Below, piece by piece: positions 50,723-62,786 of a stretch of DNA of 64,000 nucleotides. This DNA comes from Macrostomum lignano (lineage: Eukaryota). Location of the stretch: NCBI GenBank assembly GCA_002269645.1, contig NIVC01002773.1:51760-115759 (forward strand). Reading direction: 5' to 3'. The notes beneath the pieces are model-generated. The model worked only from the letters and a program-made list of their open reading frames with translations, searched no databases and was not told the DNA's origin. The position numbers and the translations under genes were made by a program. The stretch's first letter is position 1, and each line of letters begins with the position of its first letter.

Positions 50723-53468
50723 TTAGTTTTTTCTTGACTTCTGAAATGGATTGAAGTAACTGAAATCAACTTTGGTTTTTTTCTTCCCCCCAGTTCCCAT
50801 TTTGTCCTTACCTTCCGAACTAGGAGCGCTTTTGTCCTTCTGTGGGTCCTCTTGTCCGGGTCCTGGCTCGCTTTTGTCCTTCTGTGGGTCCTCTTGTCCG
50901 GGTCCTGGCTCGCTTTTGTCCTTCTGTGGGTCCTCTTGTCCGGGTCCTGGCTCGCTTTTGTCCTTCTGTGGGTCCTCTTGTCCATGTCCTGGCTCGCTTT
51001 TGTTATTAGTCGTTGTTGCTGTCGCACCCTTTGGCTTAGTCGTCCTTCGAATCCGCCTTTCGTTTGCTCTAGCTTTCTGCACTTTTCTGGTTTTTTTCGT
51101 CGGTTGGTAGTCTGAATCGTCTTTGTCTACTTCGCTTTCATATTCATCTGAGTCGAGCACAGCTAATCGATTCTTCTTTTTTTCGACTTGCTTGATGGAC
51201 AGGGGGGCTCCGCGAAAGTCGACAGAACCTTCGTGATAAATTGACTCGTCCTCAAATTCCTTAGCTTGGATACGAGCTCCATTATTCTCAGGAGGTGCTT
51301 GACTCTTTTGGTCACCACGTTTTAATTCTCGAGCCTGTGAGCCTATTGAGGCTTCCACATCACCGGATTCGTTCAAATCATCTTTTTTTGCATCTGACTT
51401 ATCGTCAATGTCATAGTCAATTTCGATGTCGTTAACATCAATCTCTTCGATAGTTTTGCCTTTAAGCTGGTCGAATCTACCGGCCTCGATAGCCAGAAGT
51501 AGCTTGCCTACTTTAGCAAGCTCAATAGTGTTTTCATGCAATCGATAGAAATTATGGTGAACATTAAGGCTATGTCCAAGATGGTTGGAGAGCCATCCGA
51601 GCTCATTTTCTCTCATTTCAAGGATCTGAGAGACAGTGGCAATGTATTTTCGAAGGTTGGTCGAAGATAGACGAGCAGGGAACTGGAGCCCTTGACAACT
51701 GGAGACAACATTTGTGCGCGCAACGAATGGGGATATATATCCCAAACTTCCACTACTGCAGAATACGTAAGGACTTGAAGCGTGGTGTCTTGTGCGAATG
51801 AGCTCATCGATAATTTCAGCAATCTCATTCGAAACTAGCAGAGGAACCGGTCGCTGTGCTCTCTTACCTCGAACATTAACGATAGTCAACCGGTAAAGCA
51901 TTTGCTTTTCTAATTCACTTAGCGCAGATAATGTTGTATCATCAACATCTTTGCATGATCTTGCTTTCTGCCACGCCGAAACTCGCAGCTTGAAGGGCTC
52001 AGACGCCCGGCGCTTGTTGAAAATAGACAAACGAATCGCAACATATTCGGCCACCTCTTTCCAGTAAGAAGGGCTGCTTTTTAGCTTTTCCGTGTCGATG
52101 TGGCTTAAATATTCGTTAATGTGCTTCGTGATTAACTGAATGTCGCTAGTTAACGGCAATGTCTGACCCTTGTCAATTTTTCTTTCTTTCAAGGACAAAA
52201 GTGCAATCGAAGATATTTTACGGCTCCATGATGTTTCATACAGAGTGATGAAGTTGCGTCGCTCCTGAGCTACTTCGGGCATTTCGCATTTCAGGGCACG
52301 TACTAACGACAGTTCAGCAGCCAGCTTCAGAGAAAACCCGCACTTAAGTGCCATCGAAGGAATAGAAAAAGAATCGCAAATCTGAGCATCTTCTTGGGCC
52401 GTAAATTTCGCTACATTTCGAGTCGCCTCAACAACTAAATCAAATGATGATGGCTTCAGCAAATCGTCAAGACAAGCGCTGGGATCGCCCATAATTTCAC
52501 GAGCTGACATAAGTAATCTCGACATTTCACGCATTTTCGCAGTTACAATTTTCTTTCCTGTCTTTCCGGATGTAAAACCTTCATAGGCGTAGTAGCCAAG
52601 TTCCATTATAAGCTTGTCTGATTGAGCTACTTTGCTACATGAGTCTACCTTCATTTTATTAATAAGTTCAATAAATTTGGACGGATATTTCGCCGGAAAG
52701 CATGATGCAAGGAGAAGGCAGCGTCCTGCACTGACAGCTTCTGTGCGCCTGTTCAAATCGCTGACATTTACGACAAAGCGGCAGCGCTGAACATGCCTGC
52801 TTAACTCAGTTTTACGAAAAAATCCAAAACAGTGAATGCACGGCAAATACGAAACTTCATTATCTTTCATGTCCGAAGAACTTCTTTCGCGACACACAAT
52901 GATTCCTCCCTCCTTCTCCTGGGTCATAACTTTTATGTTATGTTCGTAATCTCCTCGAAAGCGCAAGCGATCAAATTCCTGGTCATATTCTGAAAAAAAT
53001 ATGAACAGATAATTATTTTCAGACAAACTAAATACTACTATGAGGACCTACATAAAAAACTTATTTCAAAAACTTACTATCAGACTTAGGATTAAATGCG
53101 AGGGCGCGCTGTACACACATTTCCTTCGAGTGTGCCCGAATAAGATGCCTTCTGATCTTCGAAAACATTTCTCCGCAAAAGAGGCAGCAATGCCTCTTCT
53201 TCTCATGCTTAAGTTTCGCTTGGGACGGAACTAAATCATCAGACCAGACTTCCTCCAAATAATAATCTTCATCACCATCTTCTTCCTCGAGTTCAGCGTC
53301 CTCAGGTAGTATACTCGTATTTGCAATGTCCCTTAAAGCTGAGTGCAACCTTCCACCAAGAATATCGTCTACTACCGTAAGATTTTTGTCCACAAACGAA
53401 TCATCATCTACTAAATCAAAAGCAACGTCTATCCTTGCTTTGGTAGCATCGCCGTCTCTATCGCAAAC
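50723..53468 (-). CDS. Tyrosine recombinase (Crypton-like) with N-terminal Cys/His zinc motifs; exons 53468-53078 and 52989-50723
   Basis: Catalytic set: RLSIFNKRRASE (R), VRGKR (K), STNLRK (xxxR), LSNHLGH (H), HHNFYRL (Y). N-terminal CLFC...RHLIRAH and LPCIHCFGFF...RHVQRC. The phase-1 intron is consistent. No ATG exon of its own: it starts at a phase-0 acceptor. Confidence 0.88.
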
Positions 53469-53985
53469 CTGAAAAATAAACAGCAAGTTACATAGCTTAG
53501 ATATACTCATTAGCTCATTTTTCCTGAAAAGTCAATAAGTCAATTCTCTGAAGCACTACAACGCGATAATCTAAGTCAAAACGTTTAGACACCCTTCATT
53601 TAGACAGTGCAGACGTTCTGATCTCATGGTGGACCAGCTCGCTTTCTAAGAATCTGTTCTGATTGCATTCCAAGAAACGGAAACATTCCCGCACTAAACT
53701 TTCAAGACAGCTCTGAGAGCCAAAGCCCCAAACAGACTGAGAGAGCTGCTTTAGTTGTGTCTGTAGGTTAGGTGGACCACCTTCCAAGAGTCAAAGCCCC
53801 AAACAGACTGAGAGAGCTGCTTCAGTTGTGTCTGTAGGTTAGGTGGACCACCTTTTAAGAGTCAAAGCCCCAAACAGACTGAGAGAGCTGCTTCAGTTGT
53901 GTCTGTTCTGTAGGTTAGGTGGACCAGCTTCTCTACAGCAATTGAGTTGCAGCTAGCTACTTTGAGATCATCAAGCGAAACTCAC

Positions 53986-54210
53986 TTTTCTGGACTCGGT
54001 GTCGACGGATTTGCCAGTAGACCGACGATTTTCACCAGGCGATGCGGCCTTCTTCGAGGCTGGAGTAGCGCCTGCATCCGCGGTAGCGTTGTGCGACTGA
54101 GCGCCTTCATCAAGGCGTGATGCAGAGCGCGAACGGCTTCGCGATTTCCGCCCTCTTTTTGAGGCACCAGTGCGTTCGATTTGGCGGGAACGAAATTCGA
54201 CCTCAGGCTC
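53986..54210 (-). CDS. Cassette exon copy (225 nt, phase 0-0, Ser/Arg/Ala-rich disordered segment)
   Basis: cctag|GAG...AAA|gtgagt; EPEVEFRSRQIERTGASKRGRKSRSRSRSASRLDEG...VDTESRK. Confidence 0.6.
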
Positions 54211-55496
54211 CTAGGAAGTTAGAGAATAAAAAGACAAGTCAAAGTCGGAAGCTTAAATTCAAAACCGCTGCCGTGTATCCGTGTGACCCTCAAACAGACT
54301 GAGAGAGCTGCTTCAGTTGTGTCTGTAGGTTAGGTGGACCACCTTATAAAAGTCAAAGCCCCAAACAGACTGAGAGAGCTGCTTCAGTTGTGTCTGTAGG
54401 TTAGGTGGACCACCTTCCAAGAGTCAAAGCCCCAAACAGACTGAGAGAGCTGCTTCAGTTGTGTCTGTAGGTTAGGTGGACCACCTTTTAAGAGTCAAAG
54501 CCCCAAACAGACTGAGAGAGCTGCTTCAGTTGATGTCTGTAGGTTAGGTGGACCACCTTTTAAGAGTCAAAGCCCCAAACAGACTGAGAGAGCTGCTTCA
54601 GTTGTGTCTGTAGGTTAGGTGGACCACCTTCTCTACAGCACTACTAGGCGATAATCTGAGTCGGAATGCCTTGAGACCATTCATTTACACAGTGCAGACG
54701 TTCTGATCTCATGGTGGACCAGCTCGCTTTCTAAGAATCTGTTCTGATTGCATTCCAAGAAACGGAAACATTCCCGCACTAAACTTTCAAGACAGCTCTG
54801 AGAGCCAAAGCCCCAAACAGACTGAGAGAGCTGCTTCAGTTGTGTCTGTAGGTTAGGTGGACCACCTTATAAAAGTCAAAGCCCCAAACAGACTGAGAGA
54901 GCTGCTTCAGTTGTGTCTGTAGGTTAGGTGGACCACCTTTTAAGAGTCAAAGCCCCAAACAGACTGAGAGAGCTGCTTCAGTTGTGTCTGTAGGTTAGGT
55001 GGACCACCTTATAAAAGTCAAAGCCCCAAACAGACTGAGAGAGCTGCTTCAGTTGTGTCTGTAGGTTAGGTGGACCACCTTATAAAAGTCAAAGCCCCAA
55101 ACAGACTGAGAGAGCTGCTTCAGTTGTGTCTGTAGGTTAGGTGGACCACCTTATAAAAGTCAAAGCCCCAAACAGACTGAGAGAGCTGCTTCAGTTGTGT
55201 CTGTAGGTTAGGTGGACCACCTTATAAAAGTCAAAGCCCCAAACAGACTGAGAAAGCTGCTTCAGTTGTGTCTGTAGGTTAGGTTGACCACCTTTTAAGA
55301 GTTAAAGCCCCAAACAGACTGAGAGAGCTGCTTCAGTTGTGTCTGTAGGTTAGGTGGACCACCTTCCAAGAGTCAAAGCCCCAAACAGACTGAGAGAGCT
55401 GCTTCAGTTGCGTCTGTTCTGTAGGTTAGGTGGACCAGCTTCTCTACAGCAATTGAGTTGCAGCTAGCTACTTTGAGATCATCAAGCGAAACTCAC

Positions 55497-55721
55497 TTTT
55501 CTGGACTCGGTGTCGACGTATTTGCGAGTAGACCGACGATTTTCACCAGGCGATGCGGCCTTCTTCGAGGCTGGAGTAGCGCCTGCATCCGCGGTAGCGT
55601 TGTGCGACTGAGCGCCTTCATCAAGGCGTGATGCAGAGCGCGAACGGCTTCGCGATTTCCGCCCTCTTTTTGAGGCACCAGTGCGTTCGATTTGGCGGGA
55701 ACGAAATTCGACCTCAGGCTC
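55497..55721 (-). CDS. Cassette exon copy (225 nt)
   Basis: Same splice sites and open frame as 53986-54210. Confidence 0.6.
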
Positions 55722-56067
55722 CTAGGAAATTAGAGAATAAAAAGACAAGTCAAAGTCGGAAGCTTAAATTCAAAACCGCTGCCGTGTATCCGTGTGACCC
55801 TCAAACAGACTGAGAGAGCTGCTTCAGTTGTGTCTGTAGGTTAGGTGGACCACCTTTTAAGAGTCAAAGCCCCAAACAGACTGAGAAAGCTGCTTCAGTT
55901 GTTTCTGTAGGTTAGGTGGACCACCTTATAAAAGTCAAAGCCCCAAACAGACTGAGAGAGCTGCTTCAGTTGTGTCTGTAGTTTAGGTGGACCACCTTTT
56001 AAGAACTTCTCTACAGCAATTGAGTTGCATGCAGCTAGCTATTTTGAGATCATTAAACGAAACTCAC

Positions 56068-57096
56068 TTTTTTGGACTCGGTGTCGACGTATTTGCGAGC
56101 AGACTGACGATTTTCGCCAAGCGATGCGGCTTGGCGTCTATCACCGTCATTTTGCTGAAATATGTTAGGTAGTGCTTTCGAATCCGGTTTTTTCGTGTCA
56201 TGATGTGTCATAGGAGCGGTAGCCTTTTGAGTCGCTTCATTTAGGGCGCTGTCTAGCGTCGGAAGAGTTGAAATGATTTGGTCGATTTCAGTAAAATTTT
56301 TTTTATTCGAAACGAAATCTTGGTGCTTTTGGCTTAATGTTATGTGCTGATTAAAGTCGTCGTAGGCTTCGCGACAGTTTTCACACCGACCTTTCCGTTT
56401 TTCTTTGCCGTCAGGCTTTTGACGATTTTTTTCATCGTTATTATTAGCCCTTGGGTTTGCAAAAATGTCGACGACATCAATGTTATCTTTGAAGATTGGT
56501 CTCAGCAAATGCTGGGCATCCGTAACAACAACGGCCGGTGGGGTCAAATTCCGATCTTCTTCGGCAAACCTCCCTGAAGAAATAGTTTTCTGGCACAGCT
56601 CGTGTTGAGAAACTTGATCGCGAATTCGATCTCGAAATATTGCCGGAGTGTAGACAGGTATTTGCAGCAAGCGAGCTTTCGTCAAAATATCTTCGAATGT
56701 TTTGACAATTCTGCATTGCGAACTCGAAGTTTGCGTAACGGCTCTCTGCTGCATGGTGAAACCCCTAGAAAACTCCGAAAAAGATTGTTTAGCTTCAATG
56801 GAGACAGCGGAATCGTCAGCGATGATTAAATCAACCTGGAAAAGCAAAAAATACGAGCCCATAGCTACAAAAAATCTATCAACGTCTCTAATCTGCCCTA
56901 TTAACAAGCAACAAACAAAAACAACGAATGCATTGCAAAAACTACACACCTCATTTGAAAAAAACGAAGCAACGCTTCCGCCATAATAGACGACGGCAGA
57001 TTCCAGCTTCTTTTGTCGCTTTTGACTTTCGCCGTACAGAAAAAAAACTCGCTTCCCTCGAAGAGAATCCAATGTAAACTGCTCGACCAAACAGCC
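56068..57096 (-). CDS. DBF4: DBF4/ASK-like Cdc7-kinase activator module; exons 57096-56950 and 56835-56068
   Basis: Motif N: LRGKRVFFLY...LESAVVYYGGSVASFFSNE|VDLII...ILTKARLLQIPVY. Motif M: PAVVVTDAQHLLRPIFK. Motif C zinc finger: KGRCENCREAYDDFNQHITLSQKHQDF...NFTEIDQII. A 114-nt in-frame intron interrupts motif N. Confidence 0.85.
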
Positions 57097-57607
57097 CTGT
57101 AGAAACTAAAATAAAAAAAAAATTTCTCACATATTACTCCATTACGGAAACGCCTAAACAGTACATAAGTTTTGACTGTAGGTTAGGTGGACCACCTTCT
57201 AAGAGTCAAAGCCCCAAACAGACTGAGAGAGCTGCTTCAGTTGTGTCTGTAGGTTAGGTGGACACCTTATAAGAGTCAAAGCCCCAAACAGACTGAGAGA
57301 GCTGCTTCAGTTGTGTCTGCAGGTTAGGTGGACCACCTTATAAAAGTCAAAGCCCCAAACAGACTGAGAGAGCTGCTTCAGTTGTATCTGTAGGTTAGGT
57401 GGACCACCTTCCAAGAGTCAAAGCCCCAAACAGACTGAGAAAGCTGCTTCAGATGTGTCTGTAGGTTAGGTGGACCACCTTCCAAGATTCAAAGCCCCAA
57501 ACAGACTGAGAGAGCTGCTTCAGTTGTGTCTGTAGGTTAGGTGGACCAGCTTCTCTACAGCAATTGAGTTGCAGCTAGCTACTTTGAGATCATCAAGCGA
57601 AACTCAC

Positions 57608-57823
57608 TTTTCTGGACTCGGTGTCGACGGATTTGCCAGTAGACCGACGATTTTCACCAGGCGATGCGGCCTTCTTCGAGGCTGGAGTAGCGCCTGCATC
57701 CGCGGTAGCGTTGTGCGACTGAGCGCCTTCATCAAGGCGTGATGCAGACGCAGAGCGCGATTTCAACTTTTTCGAAGCCTCAGACTGGTCGAGCTCAGGA
57801 GAACGAAATTCGACCTCGGGCTC
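57608..57823 (-). CDS. Cassette exon copy (216-nt variant, phase 0-0)
   Basis: EPEVEFRSPELDQSEASKKLKSRSASASRLDEG...; canonical splice sites. Confidence 0.6.
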
Positions 57824-58261
57824 CTAGGAAGTTAGAGAATAAAAAGACAAGTCAACGTCGGAAGCTTAAATTCAAAACCGCTGCAGTGTATCCGTGTGAC
57901 CCTCAAACAGACTGAGAGAGCTGCTTCAGTTGTGTCTGTAGGTTAGGTGGACCACCTTCTCTACAGCACTACTAGGCGATAATCTGAGTCGGAATGCCTA
58001 GAGACCATTCATTTACACAGTGCAGACATTCTGATCTCATGATGGACCAGCTCGCTTTCTAAGAATCTGTTCTGATTGCATTCCAAGAAACGGAAACATT
58101 CCCGCACTAAACTTTCAAGACAGCTCTGACAGCCAAGGCCCCAAACAGACTGAGAGAGCTGCTTCAGTTGTGTCTGTAGGTTAGGTGGACCACCTTTTAA
58201 GAGCTTCTCTACAGCAATTGAGTTGCAGCTAGCTACTTTGAGATCATCAAGCGAAACTCAC

Positions 58262-58477
58262 TTTTCTGGACTCGGTGTCGACGTATTTGCGAGTAGACCG
58301 ACGATTTTCACCAGGCGATGCGGCCTTCTTCGAGGCTGGAGTAGCGCCTGCATCCGCGGTAGCGTTGTGCAACTGAGAGCCTTCATCAAGGCGTGATGCA
58401 GACGCAGAGCGCGATTTCAACTTTTTCGAAGCCTCAGACTGGTCGAGCTCAGGAGAACGAAATTCGACCTCGGGCTC
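58262..58477 (-). CDS. Cassette exon copy (216-nt variant)
   Basis: Same as 57608-57823. Confidence 0.6.
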
Positions 58478-59103
58478 CTAGGAAGTTAGAGAATAAAAAG
58501 ACAAGTCAACGTCGGAAGCTTAAATTCAAAACCGCTGCCGTGTATCCGTGTGACCCTCAAACAGACTGAGAGAGCTGCTTCAGTTGTGTCTGTAGGTTAG
58601 GTGGACCACCTTCCAAGAGTCAAAGCCCCAAACAGACTGAGAGAGCTGCTTCAGTTGTGTCTGTAGGTTAGGTGGACCACCTTCCAAGAGTCAAAGCCCC
58701 AAACAGACTGAGAGAGCTGCTTTAGTTGTGTCTGTAGGTTAGGTGGACCACCTTTTAAGAGTCAAAGCCCCAAACAGACTGAGAGAGCTGCTTCAGTTGT
58801 GTCTGTAGGTTAGGTGGACCACCGTATAAAAGTCAAAGCCCCAAACAGACTGAGAAAGCTGCTTCAGTTGTGTCTGTAGGTTAGGTGGACCACCTTCCAA
58901 GAGTCAAAGCCCCAAACAGACTGAGAAAGCTGCTTCAGTTGTGTCTGTAGGTTAGGTGGACCACCTTATAAGAGTCAAAGCCCCAAACAGACTGAGAGAG
59001 CTGCTTCAGTTGTGTCTGTAGGTTAGGTGGACCACCTTTTAAGAGCTTCTCTACAGCAATTGAGTTGCAGCTAGCTACTTTGAGATCATCAAGCGAAACT
59101 CAC

Positions 59104-59319
59104 TTTTCTGGACTCGGTGTCGACGTATTTGCGAGTAGACCGACGATTTTCACCAGGCGATGCGGCCTTCTTCGAGGCTGGAGTAGCGCCTGCATCCGCG
59201 GTAGCGTTGTGCAACTGAGAGCCTTCATCAAGGCGTGATGCAGACGCAGAGCGCGATTTCGACTTTTTCGAAGCGTCAGACTGGTCGAGCTCAGGAGAAT
59301 GAAATTCGAACTCAGGCTC
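59104..59319 (-). CDS. Cassette exon copy (216-nt variant)
   Basis: Same splice sites; length divisible by 3. Confidence 0.55.
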
Positions 59320-59396
59320 CTAGGATGTTAGAGAATAAAAAGACAAGTCAACGTCGGAAGCTTAAATTCAAAACCGCTGCCGTGTATCCGTGTGAC

Positions 59397-61206
59397 TAGG
59401 GATGTCGATTCCCCGGGGAATATTCTTATCGGGGACCCGGGGAATTTACTGTCATTCCCGGGGACCCCGGGGAAAATTAAAAATAAGTTAAAAACGGCGA
59501 ATAACTTTGGCTTAGATCTTAAATGGCATTTTAAACTTTGATTTTAGCTTTAGACTACATGTTCAAGGCGCAAGGGTAAAAACTAAACAATCTCTACCTA
59601 TAAAAATGAAAACTCTGTCTGCGTGTGTGTCTGTGTACAAATTACTTTGCTATGGACTCCCAAGTCCCAAACCGCTCAACCAAATTACGATAACTTTTGC
59701 ACCCGCCCTAAATTTACTACGGAGAATGTCTTAGGCTACCTTAAAATTTCCTAAACTCAAGTCTTCCTACCTAAAAGTGCAAAAACTGCTCAAAATGCGC
59801 GATTTTTTACTAAATCCTCCATAGCGCCGCTCCACTTCTACCGATCCTTTCAACCGTGTAAAATTTCAAGTCTCAAAGTTAATCCTGAAAGGCGCTGTGC
59901 ACTTTTAAAATTAACTGTTTTTTCAGCGAGGCAACCACCCCAACCTCCGCCCGCCTGCCTCTCTTTCCCGATCTGGGCAAAGGAGTGTAAATAGGTTTAA
60001 AATGACTAACTTTCGGCTGTCATAAGCTTGCTCCACGTGAAGCGATTGACTTCAAATTTGACGCAATTCTTTATTGACTCATTCTCTATCTAAATGTAAA
60101 GTCTCAACTCTGTATCTCAATCAGGACAGAAACTGTAAGCATGTGAAGTTTGTCTGCTTTTTCTGTTGTTTGTGCCGCTCACTCATTCCACCAGCCCAGA
60201 CCCCCAGACGAAGGGTCAGGCGATTGGGCTTAATGTACATAGCGAATGTACAGTGTTTTGGAATAACTTTTTAATAGCCTTCTCTGTACCCGCGAGTGGA
60301 GAGGCGCAGAGAGGAGAGACAGTTTAGCCAGAGATTCAAAACACTGTCCTCTGTATAGACAAGTCTTCAGGCTCAGTTATAACAGTAGATGGCAAATCAA
60401 GAGTCAAGACAACGTGGATGGTTTGTAAAAATAGCGAAAAATTAATGAATAACTGATTACAATGCAATCCTACTAAATTAGTTAGTTACAGCATGAAGCT
60501 TTTAACATTAAAATTCGCATAAGATCACTTTAAAATTTAAATGGCTCCTAAGAAATGCCTATATCCCTTGGTTGTAGTAGGGATGTCGACCCCGGGGAGC
60601 TTGTGTTTATTTAAAACTGTATTTGACAACGTGGCATCATCAAATCGTGCGTGCACCTTTGTCAGAAGGAGTCCAGACTGTGGTGTGGAGGCGGAAAATG
60701 CATGCTCAGCAGCTACGCTCGTGGGAGGATAATTAATGAATGAGACCGTTTTTATAATCAAAATTTTTATTTCTAGCAGACATTGTCCTTGTCTAATAGG
60801 GAGCATTTTGTTATTGTATGACACCCCCATGCGTCCGCAGGACGCAGCGCTGTGCCTGCGTCAAATTCCGTCAAGCCGTCAACGCAGACCAACACAGTAG
60901 TCAGTAAAGCTTCTTTTTCCTGACGGGTTTTTAGGTGAAATTTGCTTGATTGAAGGACTCGTAGTGAAAAAACATTCAAACGTGTGTTGCGTTTGAAATT
61001 TTACATTGAGATAAGCAGTTATGCGGTAAGAAAAGCATAGACAGAGTTTCAATCAGCTCTCTGTAAATTATTTTCTTATTTTAATGGCAAAAATTAGGTT
61101 AAAAATGCATTTTTCTCCCCGGGGTCCCCGGTTCAATTCCCCGGGGAATATTCCCCGACAAGCTCCCCGGGGCCCCGGGGAGCACTCCCCGGGGTCGACA
61201 TCCCTA
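59397..61206. mobile_element. Non-autonomous hAT element (1810 bp) nested in the YR/DBF4 unit
   Basis: TIR tagggatgtcga / tcgacatcccta; perfect 8-bp TSD cgtgtgac at 59389-59396 and 61207-61214; subterminal ccccgggg motifs. Confidence 0.92.
59591..60573 (+). mobile_element. Helitron 5'-end fragment inside the hAT element
   Basis: a|tctctacctataaaaatgaaactctgtctg... is colinear with the reverse complement of 7344 to ~6295 (e.g. actacggagaatgtcttaggcta, tttaaatggctccta, cccttggttgt). Confidence 0.88.
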
Positions 61207-61671
61207 CGTGTGACCCTCAAACAGACTGAGAGAGCTGCTCCAGTTGTGTTTGTAGGTTAGGTGGACCACCTTCTCTACAGCACTACTAGGCGATAATCTG
61301 AGTCGGAATGCCTAGAGACCATTCATTTACACAGTGCAGACATTCTGATCTCATGGTGGACCAGCTCGCTTTCTAAGAATCTGTTCTGATTGCATTCCAA
61401 GAAACGGAAACATTCCCGCACTAAACTTTCAAGACAGCTCTGAGAGCCAAGGCCCCAAACAGACTGAGAAAGCTGCTTCAGTTGTGTCTGTAGGTTAGGT
61501 GGACCACCTTCCAAGATTCAAAGCCCCAAACAGACTGAGAGAGCTGCTTCAGTTGTGTCTGTAGGTTAGGTGGACCACCTTATAAAAGTCAAAGCCCCAA
61601 ACAGACTGAGAAAGCTGCTTCAGTTGTGTCTGTAGGTTAGGTGGACCACCTTCCAAGATTCAAAGCCCCAA

Positions 61672-61969
61672 CATACATGCGCAACCTCCAAAATTCGGTC
61701 GGCCGTGCGACTTAGTTTTAACAAAAATGCGACGTAGTTTTTGGCCAAAAATGCGACTTACATGGAAAGAAACCCTAAAGCAAAATTAACGCAACTTCGG
61801 GTAAACGGCAGGAGTAACTATGACTGTCTTATTGAGCCAAAAATGCCTCGTCAGCTACTTAGTACTACTACTTCGGTGTTTTTTCGGTGGGCATATTTGC
61901 GACTTCCTTGGTTGGCCGCCAAATCGGTCGGCCGGATCGGCCGACTCGGCCAACTGTTGCGCATGTATG
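61672..61969. mobile_element. hAT-type MITE (298 bp) inserted in a 71-bp repeat unit
   Basis: Perfect 14-bp TIR catacatgcgcaac / gttgcgcatgtatg; 8-bp TSD agccccaa at 61664-61671 and 61970-61977. Confidence 0.92.
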
Positions 61970-62154
61970 AGCCCCAAACAGACTGAGAGAGCTGCTTCAG
62001 ATGTGTCTGTAGTTAGGTGGACCACCTTCCAAGATTCAAAGCCCCAAACAGACTGAGAGAGCTGCTTCAGTTGTGTCTGTAGGTTAGGTGGACCAGCTTC
62101 TCTACAGCAATTGAGTTGCAGCTAGCTACTTTGAGATCATCAAGCGAAACTCAC

Positions 62155-62378
62155 TTTTCTGGACTCGTGTCGACGGATTTGCCAGTAGACCGACGATTTT
62201 CACCAGGCGATGCGGCCTTCTTCGAGGCTGGAGTAGCGCCTGCATCCGCGGTAGCGTTGTGCGACTGAGCGCCTTCATCAAGGCGTGATGCAGAGCGCGA
62301 ACGGCTTCGCGATTTCCGCCCTCTTTTTGAGGCACCAGTGCGTTCGATTTGGCGGGAACGAAATTCGACCTCAGGCTC
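62155..62378 (-). CDS. Cassette exon copy with a 1-nt deletion (224 nt)
   Basis: ggactcgtgtcgac here versus ggactcggtgtcgac in the other copies. Confidence 0.45.
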
Positions 62379-62786
62379 CTAGGAAGTTAGAGAATAAAAA
62401 GACAAGTCAAAGTCGGAAGCTTAAATTCAAAACCGCTGCAGTGTATCCGTGTGACCCTCAAACAGACTGAGAGAGCTGCTTCAGTTGTGTTTGTAGGTTA
62501 GGTGGACCACCTTCTCTACAGCACTACTAGGCGATAATCTGAGTCGGAATGCCTAGAGGCCATTCATTTACACAGTGCAGACATTCTGATCTCATGGTGG
62601 ACCAGCTCGCTTTCTAAGAATCTGTTCTGATTGCATTCCAAGAAACGTAAGCATTCCTGCACTAAACTTTCAAGACAGCTCTGTGAGCCAAAGCCCCAAA
62701 CAGACTGAGAAGAGCTGCTTCAGTTGTGTCTGTAGGTTAGATAGGCCTTGCAATTAGCTATTTTGAGATCATCAAACGAAACTCAC

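Larger units (their letters stand above)
53720..62740. repeat. 71-bp tandem repeat array filling the introns of the YR/DBF4 unit
   Basis: Unit aagagtcaaagccccaaacagactgagagagctgcttcagttgtgtctgtaggttaggtggaccaccttcc; 53786 to 53857 is 71 bp; dozens of copies in clusters. Confidence 0.95.

Noticed and set aside
53982-54167. Repeated ORF MPQKEGGNREAV... (also 55493 and 62126)
   Set aside because: Alternative frame of the cassette exon; this frame has a stop in the 216-nt variants and does not match the DBF4 and YR exon phases.
53720-62740. Repeat units separated by unique-looking segments, superficially CRISPR-like
   Set aside because: The units are 71 bp and directly tandem, and the intervening segments are themselves repeated exons or transposons. 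The context is eukaryotic and there are no cas genes.
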